From Candidatus Hermodarchaeota archaeon (lineage in GTDB: Archaea; Asgardarchaeota; Lokiarchaeia; Sigyniarchaeales; SOKP01), in assembly GCA_048885525.1 (NCBI GenBank), contig JBHLLP010000003.1:64001-128000 (forward strand): 64,000 nucleotides of DNA, written 5' to 3'. Positions within the stretch are counted from its first letter, which is position 1; every line of letters begins with the position of its first letter. A program made the translations under genes and the position numbers. Below the pieces are notes generated by a model. It saw only the letters and a list, made by a program, of their open reading frames with translations, was not told the origin of the DNA and searched no databases. Shown one piece after another: positions 20,964 to 30,580 of the stretch.

Positions 20964-21632
20964 TTAACTAATTTCTATTTCTTCAGCAAATTTTTCATAT
21001 ATAAGGATTTTTGCGTTTTTTTCGGGCAAATTTGCAATGTCGTCTTCTTCAAATGGTCCATAATTTATAAGATCAATACCAACTAATGGAGGCGCTCCTT
21101 TTAAAAATCTTACGAGAACAAATTTAATTTTTTCTTTATCAGATGTAATCTTTGAATCCCCAATAATTAATTCTACTTCATTTTTCGATTTTGATTCTTC
21201 TAAAACAGGGCTTTTGGGTTCTAATACAGATTCAATAAGATCTTCAAATTTGGATTCCCCTTCTTCTCCATAAAGTGAAATTGCTTTCACTTTGTTATAG
21301 CCTTTTATAGAGCTTATTAAGTTCTGATATAATAACTTTTCTGCTTCAATAACATTATTCAAATTTATTTCCCCCATTAATAAAGCAGAATTTATTATTT
21401 TTATTTCCCGAATCTTTAAAAAATCTTTAAATAGAAAGGTAATATTTTCCTTGTAAGTGTTTAGTATATGATTTTTTAGATCATCTCTATTTTCTAATTT
21501 ATATTCATTAATAAAATTCAAAATTCTTTTATAATATTTAAAAAGTTCTTCTTTTAATTCGGTTAAATCTGTTTGTTGGAACTCTTCAAGCCAATGCTGA
21601 TAAAGTTTCTCATAATCTTTCTGCAAATCCAT
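20964..21632 (-). CDS. GINS complex subunit Gins15/Gins51
   Basis: Helical A-domain with R..KI, C-terminal B-domain LVRFL..PPLVGIDLINYGPF..DIANLP..NA; downstream of priS. Confidence 0.85.
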   Translation of the reverse strand: MDLQKDYEKLYQHWLEEFQQTDLTELKEELFKYYKRILNFINEYKLENRDDLKNHILNTYKENITFLFKDFLKIREIKIINSALLMGEINLNNVIEAEKLLYQNLISSIKGYNKVKAISLYGEEGESKFEDLIESVLEPKSPVLEESKSKNEVELIIGDSKITSDKEKIKFVLVRFLKGAPPLVGIDLINYGPFEEDDIANLPEKNAKILIYEKFAEEIEIS

Positions 21633-21697
21633 AAATATCGAATTTTTAGTAGAAGGTTTATATTATAAACAGTGATTTTAAGTTTAAATTTTTTAAC

Positions 21698-22987
21698 TTA
21701 TTTAGTTTTTGCTACACTTCTGCATAGCAGAAAAACAGCAATATGATGCGGGACCTCAACTATTTCTCCTTGTTTGTAAGGTCCATATGAAACACCCTTA
21801 ATTTTTGTTAACGGCACTTCACGTTCGATTATTTCTATCTTTTGAGTAAAAGCCTTATCACTTTGAAATACTATTGGATCTAATTTATCAATTGATTCGT
21901 CTAAAGGATTAAACATATCAAGATCATCATAATATATTTCTTGAGCTTTAAATCCGGTTTTCCCGTGCAAAGAGCCAGGATATCGAATTAATCGATGTAT
22001 ATCAATAGTAACAGGAATATCTACTTTGATTCCTATTTCTGCAACCATAGCTGATAAGAATTTGTGCCAAGCATTTAAACTAAAACCTACTAGTGTCCAA
22101 TTATTATTAAAATCACCCTTGATAATATTGCGAAAATTTTCTTTAAAGTTTATAAAATTCTCGATAATGTTTTGGCTTAAATTGAAGGTTTTTTTATCTG
22201 ATAGTATAGTTTCTATTTCGATATTTGGTTTTATTAATAATTTTTCAATTTCTTTAATTAATTTTTGAGACCATCCTATTGTATCTTTAGATAGCCCAAA
22301 GATATTTCCTCCTTTTTCTTGTAAACCTAAAATTTCAAATGAAATATTCTCTCCAGTGATATAATCAATAATTTCCCTACGTTCATCACTAGATAAAGTT
22401 CTAATTTTTTCATCTTCGATTTTCAAATGATACCCTCGGTGTCCTGAAAACGCTATTTTCATTTTTTCACGGCTAATATTAAAATCTTGATCCAAAAACT
22501 CATCAATTAATCTAATTATTTCAATTTTAGCAGTATTCAAACAATTTTCACAAATCCAATTTAATTTTTTTAACTTTAATTTACCGCATTTAGGACATTT
22601 ATCTATCATACCTTTTCCATTTTCTCCACACTCCTTACAATACCAGATATCATGATCTTCTTTACATGGAGTGTAGAAGTGATCAACGTCGATATCAATA
22701 ATCAAATCACAGCCAAGATAATCTTTTCCTTGCATATCCTGATATTCGGGTTGTAGGTAGAGTGCGCCACTAACATAAGCGTGTTTTGGAGGATTACTTA
22801 TGAAATATTTTTTCAAATTCATCGGAGAGTTAAATCCAATATGCCTATTCATTATTTTTTTCTCCCAAGGAATAAACCCAAATTCTCTTTGTTCAAAAAG
22901 ATTAACTATTGGAATTTCAGATTGATTTTCTTTATAGTAAGCTTGAAAAAGTCTTTTCAAATATTTCTCGTTAGTCATTTTTTTCAT
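21698..22987 (-). CDS. priS: DNA primase catalytic subunit
   Basis: QREFGF, DLIIDID, FSGHRGYH, VTIDIHRLIRYPGSLHGKTG. Confidence 0.95.
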   Translation of the reverse strand: MKKMTNEKYLKRLFQAYYKENQSEIPIVNLFEQREFGFIPWEKKIMNRHIGFNSPMNLKKYFISNPPKHAYVSGALYLQPEYQDMQGKDYLGCDLIIDIDVDHFYTPCKEDHDIWYCKECGENGKGMIDKCPKCGKLKLKKLNWICENCLNTAKIEIIRLIDEFLDQDFNISREKMKIAFSGHRGYHLKIEDEKIRTLSSDERREIIDYITGENISFEILGLQEKGGNIFGLSKDTIGWSQKLIKEIEKLLIKPNIEIETILSDKKTFNLSQNIIENFINFKENFRNIIKGDFNNNWTLVGFSLNAWHKFLSAMVAEIGIKVDIPVTIDIHRLIRYPGSLHGKTGFKAQEIYYDDLDMFNPLDESIDKLDPIVFQSDKAFTQKIEIIEREVPLTKIKGVSYGPYKQGEIVEVPHHIAVFLLCRSVAKTK

Positions 22988-24157
22988 TCATTTCTTTTCG
23001 GAATTTTGTTTTATTGAATGATTTTTGGTTTTAAGATTAATATAAAATAAGGGGTGAGATATTTGCCTTTGTTCTTGTAATTTTTTAGAAAAATAACCTT
23101 CTAAGCATAATTTATCTTTATATTTACTCGCCATGCATAGAGTATATGATTTTAAAGATTTGCATGAATATGGAGTATATCCTTTCTTAATTGCATATCT
23201 CACTTGATATGCAGTTTTTTCTCGATCAAAATCTGGTAAAGTTGAAAAAACATTGATAATTTCTTCTTCAGGATACTCGAGTGCATTTAAAATCCATAAT
23301 ATAAACAACCTTTCTGTATGTATTAAATTCTGGCCTTCTTGCGCTTTTGTAAGTATTTCCTTTATACAAGGGGGAAAAGATTCTGATATATCTTTCCCTT
23401 CCACATATTTGATATCTAATGAATATTCAAATTCTTCTTTCTTGAATTCCCATATTGCTGTTATAGAATCATGTAAATCCTTAAATTCTTGAACTTCAAA
23501 TAATTTTTGTTTAAATTTGTTTAAATTTGTAGAATCAACTACGTTTTGAATTAATAATTTCATCCTAACGTGTTCTTGTAATAATCTATTTATATTTTCA
23601 GGTTTGAGATATATATAACCATTCAATAAGGCATTATTCACTAATCTTCGATATTCATCCTTCAAATTAGATGTTAGTTTTAGGTAGTCTATGTAAGAAA
23701 TCTTAAAATTTGTTTTATACAATTCTTTCTGGTCTTTTACAACAATTTTTTTGTAAGTAATTTGGTTTTTTTCATAAATTACATCTAACTCTAAATCTCT
23801 ATAAATGTAGTATAAATTATACTCATTTTCTTTATTTAATTCACTGTAGGTGGTTTTGGAGTATATATTTGCTACGCGATTTGCAAGAATTTTATTATTC
23901 AAAATATAAAGTAAGATTCTTAGTATTAAATAAATAAAAATATTGGACTCATCAAAATCGTAATCAGTCACTTTTTCAACGTTATTGAAAGCATCATTGA
24001 ATAAATTTAAGATTTTGAGTTTAAGATTTTCATTTTTTTCAGATGTCATGATTTCATTAATAAAACTGAACGGATCTTCTGAAGCAATACCAGAATAGTA
24101 CTTTTTTAATGAAGGAAGCCATGGATACCGCTTTAATAAATCATAGATGTCACTCAT
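22988..24157 (-). CDS. priL: DNA primase large subunit
   Basis: RYPWL, FPPCI, NLIHTER, PDFD...T.YQV, YTPYSC (Fe-S cysteines). Confidence 0.92.
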   Translation of the reverse strand: MSDIYDLLKRYPWLPSLKKYYSGIASEDPFSFINEIMTSEKNENLKLKILNLFNDAFNNVEKVTDYDFDESNIFIYLILRILLYILNNKILANRVANIYSKTTYSELNKENEYNLYYIYRDLELDVIYEKNQITYKKIVVKDQKELYKTNFKISYIDYLKLTSNLKDEYRRLVNNALLNGYIYLKPENINRLLQEHVRMKLLIQNVVDSTNLNKFKQKLFEVQEFKDLHDSITAIWEFKKEEFEYSLDIKYVEGKDISESFPPCIKEILTKAQEGQNLIHTERLFILWILNALEYPEEEIINVFSTLPDFDREKTAYQVRYAIKKGYTPYSCKSLKSYTLCMASKYKDKLCLEGYFSKKLQEQRQISHPLFYINLKTKNHSIKQNSEKK

Positions 24158-24587
24158 TACCCAAAATTTCTCTAATATTAAATATAAATAATTAAAGTTT
24201 AAAAAACATGATGAGAATAAACTTTAATAGATTAAGAGTAAATTAATTTACTGATAATTTTAATAAATCTATTAATAAACTAATAAGTAATAAGTAAAGA
24301 GAAATTTTTTTAAACTACCACTAAATAATGAAAAAATTTTCTTTGAAATTTAATGTTAAATGCATTTTCTGACATTCAATCATATATTTTGAGAAATTTT
24401 TGGCTATGATGTTTTAAAGAACTTATATCTTGTTGAAAAATATTGACAATAGGAATTAATTAGTTTTTGAATGAATATAATTTCATATGATACATCTAAT
24501 TACTTCCTCTTCGATTGTTTTCTAATTTTTAACCGCAATTCGGATAAAAAATGTCCCTCCCTGCCTAGATAATTTTTTAAACTCAGG

Positions 24588-25190
24588 ATGAATACTATGA
24601 TTATGCGCAAGCCACCAATTACTGCATTCAAAAAAGATTTGTCACCAGAACAACGTGAAGAACTACTCAGAGCATTGAAAGCCCGTTTTGAGAAAAATAT
24701 GAACCGCCATAAAGGTCTTGAATGGGTTAAAGTACAAGTAAAACTGGAAGCTTTTACTGAAAAACTGTGGTCACTCAATGAAATGGAAAGAACTGGCGGT
24801 GAACCGGATGTTGTTGGTCATGATAAAAAGACGGGTGAATACATTTTTTATGATTGTTCAGCGGAAAGTCCTAAAGGCCGCAGAAATGTTTGTTACGACC
24901 GTGAAGGGCAGGAGGCGAGGGAAAAGAAAGGGGTGCATCCAGAAGGTAACGCTATTGATATGGCAGCTACCATGGGCATTGAACTTTTAACAGAAGAACA
25001 ATATCGAGAGTTGCAGAAACTTGGAAATTTCGATACGAAGACGTCGAGTTGGGTGAAAACACCTTCTAATATTAGAAAACTTGGTGGTGCCATCTTTTGT
25101 GATCGCCGCTACGACCATGTCTTCGTGTATCATAATAGTGCACCCTCTTTCTATGGCGTTAGGGGGTTCCGTGGCTCGCTAAGGGTCTAA
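24588..25190 (+). CDS. DUF4256 family protein, bacterial-like
   Basis: LKARFEKNMNRH, MERTGGEPDV, DCSAESPKGRR, FDTKTSSW, RGFRGSLRV; GC-richer than flanks. Confidence 0.85.
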   Translation: MNTMIMRKPPITAFKKDLSPEQREELLRALKARFEKNMNRHKGLEWVKVQVKLEAFTEKLWSLNEMERTGGEPDVVGHDKKTGEYIFYDCSAESPKGRRNVCYDREGQEAREKKGVHPEGNAIDMAATMGIELLTEEQYRELQKLGNFDTKTSSWVKTPSNIRKLGGAIFCDRRYDHVFVYHNSAPSFYGVRGFRGSLRV

Positions 25191-25461
25191 ATTTGTACTT
25201 TGAATTTTAAAATTTCTATGATTTTTGCTTTTGTTTTTTACGAGATGCATTTTGTGTTTGCACCCATTGTCCTTAAATTATTGATTGGGAAAAAAAAGTT
25301 CTATTTAATTTTCATTTAACTCGATTTGGTTTAATTTTAATCGATTCAGAAGAGAAACATGGAAAAATCGATAGAATTAAAATCTATTTCCCAAAAGTGT
25401 TAAAAGGAAAGACCAAATTGTTAGAATCTGATATTTTTTTTATGATTCCATCGTAGTTAAA

Positions 25462-26265
25462 TTAAAATTCGTCCATATCTTCATCTTCATCAAATTCTGC
25501 TTCTTCAACTCTAGGTGCTAAGAAGTAGCTCAATTCGCCACCTTCAAGAAGATTAAATATCATTTTTAAGGGGTGATCCGTTTTTAGAGATATTTCTAAC
25601 TTTTCCGTGATAGAAGCAATTTTTAATATGGCTTTTAAAAAAGTTAATGAATATGCTCCACTACTGGTTCCATTAATATCCGTCTCTATTAAGTCATCTT
25701 CGCTTAGATTATATTCCATTTCACCAATTTGTCCCGTTGAACTAAATATCAACCCCTGACCTTCTGTTGAGGTCATGTTAAGGATTTCTGAATATATTTC
25801 AGCATCTTTTATTGCTTCAACTAAAAACTCTGGTTCAATTACCCATTTTGAAGGATATTCGATTTTTAATAAGTTATCCATAGGAATTTCTTCAATGTCG
25901 ATATCTAATAACGCTAGGCTAAATGTTCTAGTACGTGTCATACCCTCGCGTTGCATTTTAATTTTTATTTTCTGATCAGCTTCATTAAAATCAATTTCAA
26001 CGGAGTCATTCGCGGCAGATCTCTTCAAAATTTTATCTAAATCATCTAAATTTAATCCAACTTTTGACTCCTTCGCACATTGATATTCATCAAAATTATC
26101 CTTTTTAATAGACAATTTTAATAAACAAATTCTACTAGGATCCATCGCTGAAATTGTAAACTCTTTAGGAGTAACTCGGAATTCCGTTTCATCAATAATA
26201 CTTGCTAGAGTTTCAACAATTCCTTTCAATATCCGACTATTTTCTAATTTTAGTTTAAAACTCAT
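25462..26265 (-). CDS. pcn: DNA sliding clamp PCNA
   Basis: AMDPSRICL, YSLTFL, DHPLKM, YFLAPR, acidic tail. Confidence 0.96.
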   Translation of the reverse strand: MSFKLKLENSRILKGIVETLASIIDETEFRVTPKEFTISAMDPSRICLLKLSIKKDNFDEYQCAKESKVGLNLDDLDKILKRSAANDSVEIDFNEADQKIKIKMQREGMTRTRTFSLALLDIDIEEIPMDNLLKIEYPSKWVIEPEFLVEAIKDAEIYSEILNMTSTEGQGLIFSSTGQIGEMEYNLSEDDLIETDINGTSSGAYSLTFLKAILKIASITEKLEISLKTDHPLKMIFNLLEGGELSYFLAPRVEEAEFDEDEDMDEF

Positions 26266-26444
26266 ATTCTTTCAGCAAAATTATTCAATTATAAATAAGA
26301 TAATATTATGTAATTCACATTATTAATAATGATTGATATTAGTCTTTTAATAATATCAACTTTAGGTATTAAATTAATTATTTATACTTATCCTAAATTT
26401 TTCAATTTGAACTAAATAAAAAAATGATTCATATTTAAAAAAAA

Positions 26445-26765
26445 ATGTCAATTCAGCACGCAAAACAAAGAATAGTCAAAGATATTACAATTAATGATGA
26501 ACGAATCCAAGTTACTGGGTTCATTAAAACTAGAGTTAATGAAAGTCAAATAATTCTAAATGATGAAACTGGGGAAATAAAAGTTAACATCTTAAGGATT
26601 GAGAATTTTGATTTTAAGGAGAATGATTTAATTAATGTTATTGGAGATCTAGAACTTCAATCTACAGGAGAAAAACTGATTAACGCAGATATAATTCAAG
26701 ATATGAATAAATTGAATTTTAAATACTATCAAAAATTGTATCAGCTTAAAAAGGACCTTGATTAA
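26445..26765 (+). CDS. OB-fold protein, RPA14/Rpa3-like replication protein A small subunit
   Basis: D.RIQVTG, LNDETG, INVIG, ADIIQDM followed by a C-terminal helix, as in Thermococcales RPA14; divergent from pcn. Confidence 0.7.
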   Translation: MSIQHAKQRIVKDITINDERIQVTGFIKTRVNESQIILNDETGEIKVNILRIENFDFKENDLINVIGDLELQSTGEKLINADIIQDMNKLNFKYYQKLYQLKKDLD

Positions 26766-26788
26766 GATATAAATTTTTAAAGGTTGGT

Positions 26789-27149
26789 TTATCGATCTAA
26801 AAATTTTTGTATTTCAAGGGTGTACCCATTAGGATCTTTTAAGAAAAAATGATAAATGTTGAATTTATGATTCATTTTAGGTTTATCTTTAATTTCTAGC
26901 CCTAATTTGATAAATTTATTATAAGTTTCATCTACATTATCCGCTATGAAAGTGATTATTGGACTTTTCTCTTTATAGATCAAATCCATATGCTCACAAA
27001 AAACCAATTTTACTTTGTTTATTAACATCGAATATCAAAAAAATAACTTGGTCTTTATACAAGGTTAAGCCTATGATATTTTGATAAAAATTAGCTGTTT
27101 TTTCATGATCTTTAGTTCCCAAAAAAGTGATAAGTTGCTTAAATTTCAT
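26789..27149 (-). pseudogene. VOC/glyoxalase family gene with a one-base frameshift (or a homopolymer sequencing error)
   Basis: ATG at 27149 reads MKFKQLITFLGTKDHEKTANFYQNIIGL...SKIGF then TGA. The other frame continues CEHMD...FFLKDPNGYTLEIQ. The junction is an A6 run at 26998-27003. Confidence 0.8.
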
Positions 27150-27311
27150 AAAACTCATTCTTTAAAAATTGGTTATTGGATATAGCTAAAATTTTCAAAC
27201 GATTTCACATTCATATAAAAATTTTATATAGTTTTATAATTAGGATAAAATTTTTTAAAGTTTAATATTTTTAAAAGTTAATTTTTTCAAATTTATTGGT
27301 TAATAATCAAT

Positions 27312-27647
27312 ATGGTGGAATTTTGTCCTAAATGTTCAAATCTTTTACGTAAAAGAAGAATAGATGACAAATTATTTTTAATATGTAAATGTGGTTATCA
27401 AAAGGAGTCATTAACAGATAATTACATAATAGAAAATCGTATCCAAGAGAAGAAGGACGAATTAGAAAAGAATTTACTAATTATTTCGGAAGAAGATAAA
27501 ATTATGGTACATCCTATAACAAAAAAAAATTGTCCTAAGTGTAATAACAAAGAAGCTGAAACCTGGCAAATCCAAATAAGAAGTTCTGATGAACCAAGCA
27601 CTCACTTCTTTAAATGTATTAAATGTAAACATACATGGCGTGAATAA
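27312..27647 (+). CDS. tfs: Transcription elongation/cleavage factor TFS (RpoM/Rpb9 family)
   Basis: FCPKC..LL, CPKC, QIRSSDEP, FFKC..C.HTWRE. Confidence 0.92.
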   Translation: MVEFCPKCSNLLRKRRIDDKLFLICKCGYQKESLTDNYIIENRIQEKKDELEKNLLIISEEDKIMVHPITKKNCPKCNNKEAETWQIQIRSSDEPSTHFFKCIKCKHTWRE

Positions 27648-27784
27648 TTTCTCATTTTATTAGGAACCAAATGTCCATTTAAATATATTAATAACTCTCA
27701 TTTTAGAAAAAGATTAAAAATTTTATTAATTCTGGGATATAACATCAAATTATTCTAATTTACTCTAATTTTCTACAGAATTGT

Positions 27785-28918
27785 ATGAAACGTTTAAAAA
27801 GCCTCGATACGTTTCGAGGATTAGCAATGTTATATATGTTAGTAGGGCACTTGATTACATGGTGGCCAGTTCCTGAAATAAAAGTTATTATGATGAGTTT
27901 TTATATTTCCATTCTTTCTCCATTAGGTGCCGCAGGATTTACTTTCACATCCGGAATAAGTACTTTTATATCTTATAGAAATCGGCTTATAAAAGTAGAA
28001 AAACTTGATAATTATAACCTTTCTCAAGTAAAATATGAATACTTATTTAGAGCATTGTTTATAATAATTCTTGGTTTAATTTATAATATATTTGTGGCAA
28101 TATTATACATGGATCCCTTACAAATTTGGGCGTGGTTCATATTATTAACTTTAGGAGTATGTCTATTAATATCATGGCCATTATTAAAGACATCAAAAAT
28201 ATTTAGATTAGTCCTTGGAGCGTTAATTTGGATATTTAATCAGATATTTTTAATTTTATTAACTCCATTTGAAGGGCAATTCAACTTATTCGGTTTTTTA
28301 TATCATGGTTTATATCATCCTATAGACCAAAACATTATTTTGTCATTTTTACCATTTTTTTTAGTTGGAACAGTTATAGGTGACATAATCTATGACCTTT
28401 CTCTCATTGATAATGATTTAGAAAAGAGGAAATCTGTAAAAACTAAGCTTTTATATCCCTTTATGTTAATAGGCACCATTTTAATTGTGATTGGGTTTTA
28501 CTTTTTGTATCCTTCTTTATTTACAGAAAAAGTTTTATCAATAAAATCAAATATATGGTGGTTAATGTATTCTTTAGGGATTGAAGTAATCTTAGTTTCT
28601 GTGTTCATTACTGTTGAAACTTATGAAATTTTTAAACCAGAAAAAAGTTATAGATTTTTATATTATTTTTCTTACTATTCTCTAACTGTTTTTTTATTAC
28701 AGAATATTAATTACTTCTTTTTTTATCAATCCTTATATTTTTATAATATTTGGTTTTATATTCTAATAACAGTTATAATCTATGGGCTTTTTTTGAGGTT
28801 TGCTTATAATAAATGGGGACTAAAATTTTCTTTGAAGATACAGATCGGGAGGTTGGCCTCTGGAGCAACCGAAAAGGTTATGAATAGATCTAGGAAAAAT
28901 TTGAGTAAAATATCTTAA
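27785..28918 (+). CDS. DUF1624/HGSNAT-like membrane acyltransferase-domain protein
   Basis: RLKSLDTFRGLAMLYM..GH, F.F.SGIS, about 10 TM helices. Confidence 0.72.
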   Translation: MKRLKSLDTFRGLAMLYMLVGHLITWWPVPEIKVIMMSFYISILSPLGAAGFTFTSGISTFISYRNRLIKVEKLDNYNLSQVKYEYLFRALFIIILGLIYNIFVAILYMDPLQIWAWFILLTLGVCLLISWPLLKTSKIFRLVLGALIWIFNQIFLILLTPFEGQFNLFGFLYHGLYHPIDQNIILSFLPFFLVGTVIGDIIYDLSLIDNDLEKRKSVKTKLLYPFMLIGTILIVIGFYFLYPSLFTEKVLSIKSNIWWLMYSLGIEVILVSVFITVETYEIFKPEKSYRFLYYFSYYSLTVFLLQNINYFFFYQSLYFYNIWFYILITVIIYGLFLRFAYNKWGLKFSLKIQIGRLASGATEKVMNRSRKNLSKIS

Positions 28919-28983
28919 TTCAGATTAAATAATTGTATTTTATATGCCTTTCTATTTTAAAATTTAGAGAATAAATAATCTCT

Positions 28984-29187
28984 TTAAGAAAGAACTTCTA
29001 GAATCTTAGTAAGAATTCTTGCTTTACCACCTGTAGATTGAAGTAAAGTTTTCCCACACACTAAGCATTCTACATCTGTGGCAGAACAACCAAATATGAT
29101 TTGTTGATTTCCACAGTTTAAACATTTAACGCGTAAAAACCTGCTTTTTGGTTGTGGAATAAGTTCTTTCTCTTTTTTATTAGTCAT
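28984..29187 (-). CDS. rps27e: Ribosomal protein S27e
   Basis: [23 protein letters not shown]. Confidence 0.96.
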   Translation of the reverse strand: MTNKKEKELIPQPKSRFLRVKCLNCGNQQIIFGCSATDVECLVCGKTLLQSTGGKARILTKILEVLS

Positions 29188-29201
29188 AAGTATTCACATT
29201 T

Positions 29202-29483
29202 TTATACTTCAGTTAATTCAAGGCGCTTAACGCGATATGATTTAGCATATTGTTTTTTACCGCATTCAGTACATTCTAATAATGGAGTTGATTTCCTATT
29301 TAATTTTGCATTTTTATGGAAAATCTCCTTAGGAAATGAGCCGTATCCCGCCTTTTTCCTTTCTAATCTTCTCCTTCCATGATTGAGCATTCTTTCCTTC
29401 CCTTTTTTATAAAGCGAGACACTTTGCCTCGTATGTGATCTACAAGATGGACAATAACGGTTGACTGTTTTAGGGTACTTCAT
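29202..29483 (-). CDS. rpl44e: Ribosomal protein L44e
   Basis: PK...RYCPSCRSHT, YKKGKER, GYG, LECTECGK. Confidence 0.96.
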   Translation of the reverse strand: MKYPKTVNRYCPSCRSHTRQSVSLYKKGKERMLNHGRRRLERKKAGYGSFPKEIFHKNAKLNRKSTPLLECTECGKKQYAKSYRVKRLELTEV

Positions 29484-29644
29484 TTATCAGTAATCAACAA
29501 TTTTAAGTATATTTTTAGTAATTATTTATAAATTTTAAATTTTATTAGTTCAGATGGTTCTTTTTGTATAGCCATGGTGTAATAAAAAATAATTTAAATC
29601 TTATTTACATAATGTTAATAAAAACATAATGAATGAGGTTTTAA

Positions 29645-30562
29645 ATGTTCAAAGAGAAATTTAGTGAAGGAATAATTAGTGCTAAGCAATTTGATAGAGA
29701 AGATATTGAATATATTTTGAAAAAGGGGAAGGAAATGATTAATACTAAAAATTCAAATCTTCTTCAAGGAAAAATCTTAGCAACATTATTTTTTGAACCT
29801 TCTACTCGTACTCGTCTAAGTTTTGAATCTGCAATGTATAGATTAGGCGGAAATGTAATCGGATTCCATTCAGGAGATGTTTCTTCAATTAAAAAAGGTG
29901 AGAGTATTGCTGATACTATAAGAACAGTAGAAAATTATAGCGATTGTATAGTAATGAGACATTCGCTTGAAGGTGCTGCGAAGATGGCAGCGAAATTTAC
30001 GAGAATTCCGATTATTAATGCTGGTTCTGGAAGTGGAGAACATCCTACTCAAGCATTATTAGATTTATTGACAATAACAGAAGAATTAGGTCAATTAGAC
30101 GGATTGAATATAGGATTAATGGGTGATTTAAAATACGGTAGAACCGTACATTCACTAGCAATACTTTTATCAAATTTTGAAGTTAATATTTATTTCATAA
30201 GTCCAGTAGAATTAAAAATGAGAAATAGGGATAAAGATTTTTTACAGCAACGACATGTTAAATACAAAGAGATTACAGATTACAGGAAAATATTGAACAT
30301 TTTAGATGTTCTTTATATGACGAGAATTCAAAAAGAAAGGTTTGTTGATTCAGAAGAGTATGAAAGAATTAAAGGTTTTTACATATTTCAACAGGAAGAT
30401 CTTAAAGAAACAAAAGATGATTTTAAGTTATTACATCCATTACCAAGAATCACAGAGATTTCTCCTGATGTTGATAATTCAGAAAAAGCAGTTTACTTTA
30501 AACAAACTTTCTATGGAATTCCAATGAGGAAGGCACTCCTAGCGGAATTATTGACAGAATAA
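29645..30562 (+). CDS. pyrB: Aspartate carbamoyltransferase catalytic subunit
   Basis: FFEPSTRTRLSF, HPTQALLD, GDLKYGRTVHS, RIQKER, HPLP. Confidence 0.97.
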   Translation: MFKEKFSEGIISAKQFDREDIEYILKKGKEMINTKNSNLLQGKILATLFFEPSTRTRLSFESAMYRLGGNVIGFHSGDVSSIKKGESIADTIRTVENYSDCIVMRHSLEGAAKMAAKFTRIPIINAGSGSGEHPTQALLDLLTITEELGQLDGLNIGLMGDLKYGRTVHSLAILLSNFEVNIYFISPVELKMRNRDKDFLQQRHVKYKEITDYRKILNILDVLYMTRIQKERFVDSEEYERIKGFYIFQQEDLKETKDDFKLLHPLPRITEISPDVDNSEKAVYFKQTFYGIPMRKALLAELLTE

Positions 30563-30580
30563 TTTCTGAAATTCTATTTC

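Noticed and set aside
26990-27000. In-frame TGA in the VOC gene as selenocysteine
   Set aside because: Read-through hits TAA after five codons; the VOC-like sequence continues in another frame, so this is a frameshift
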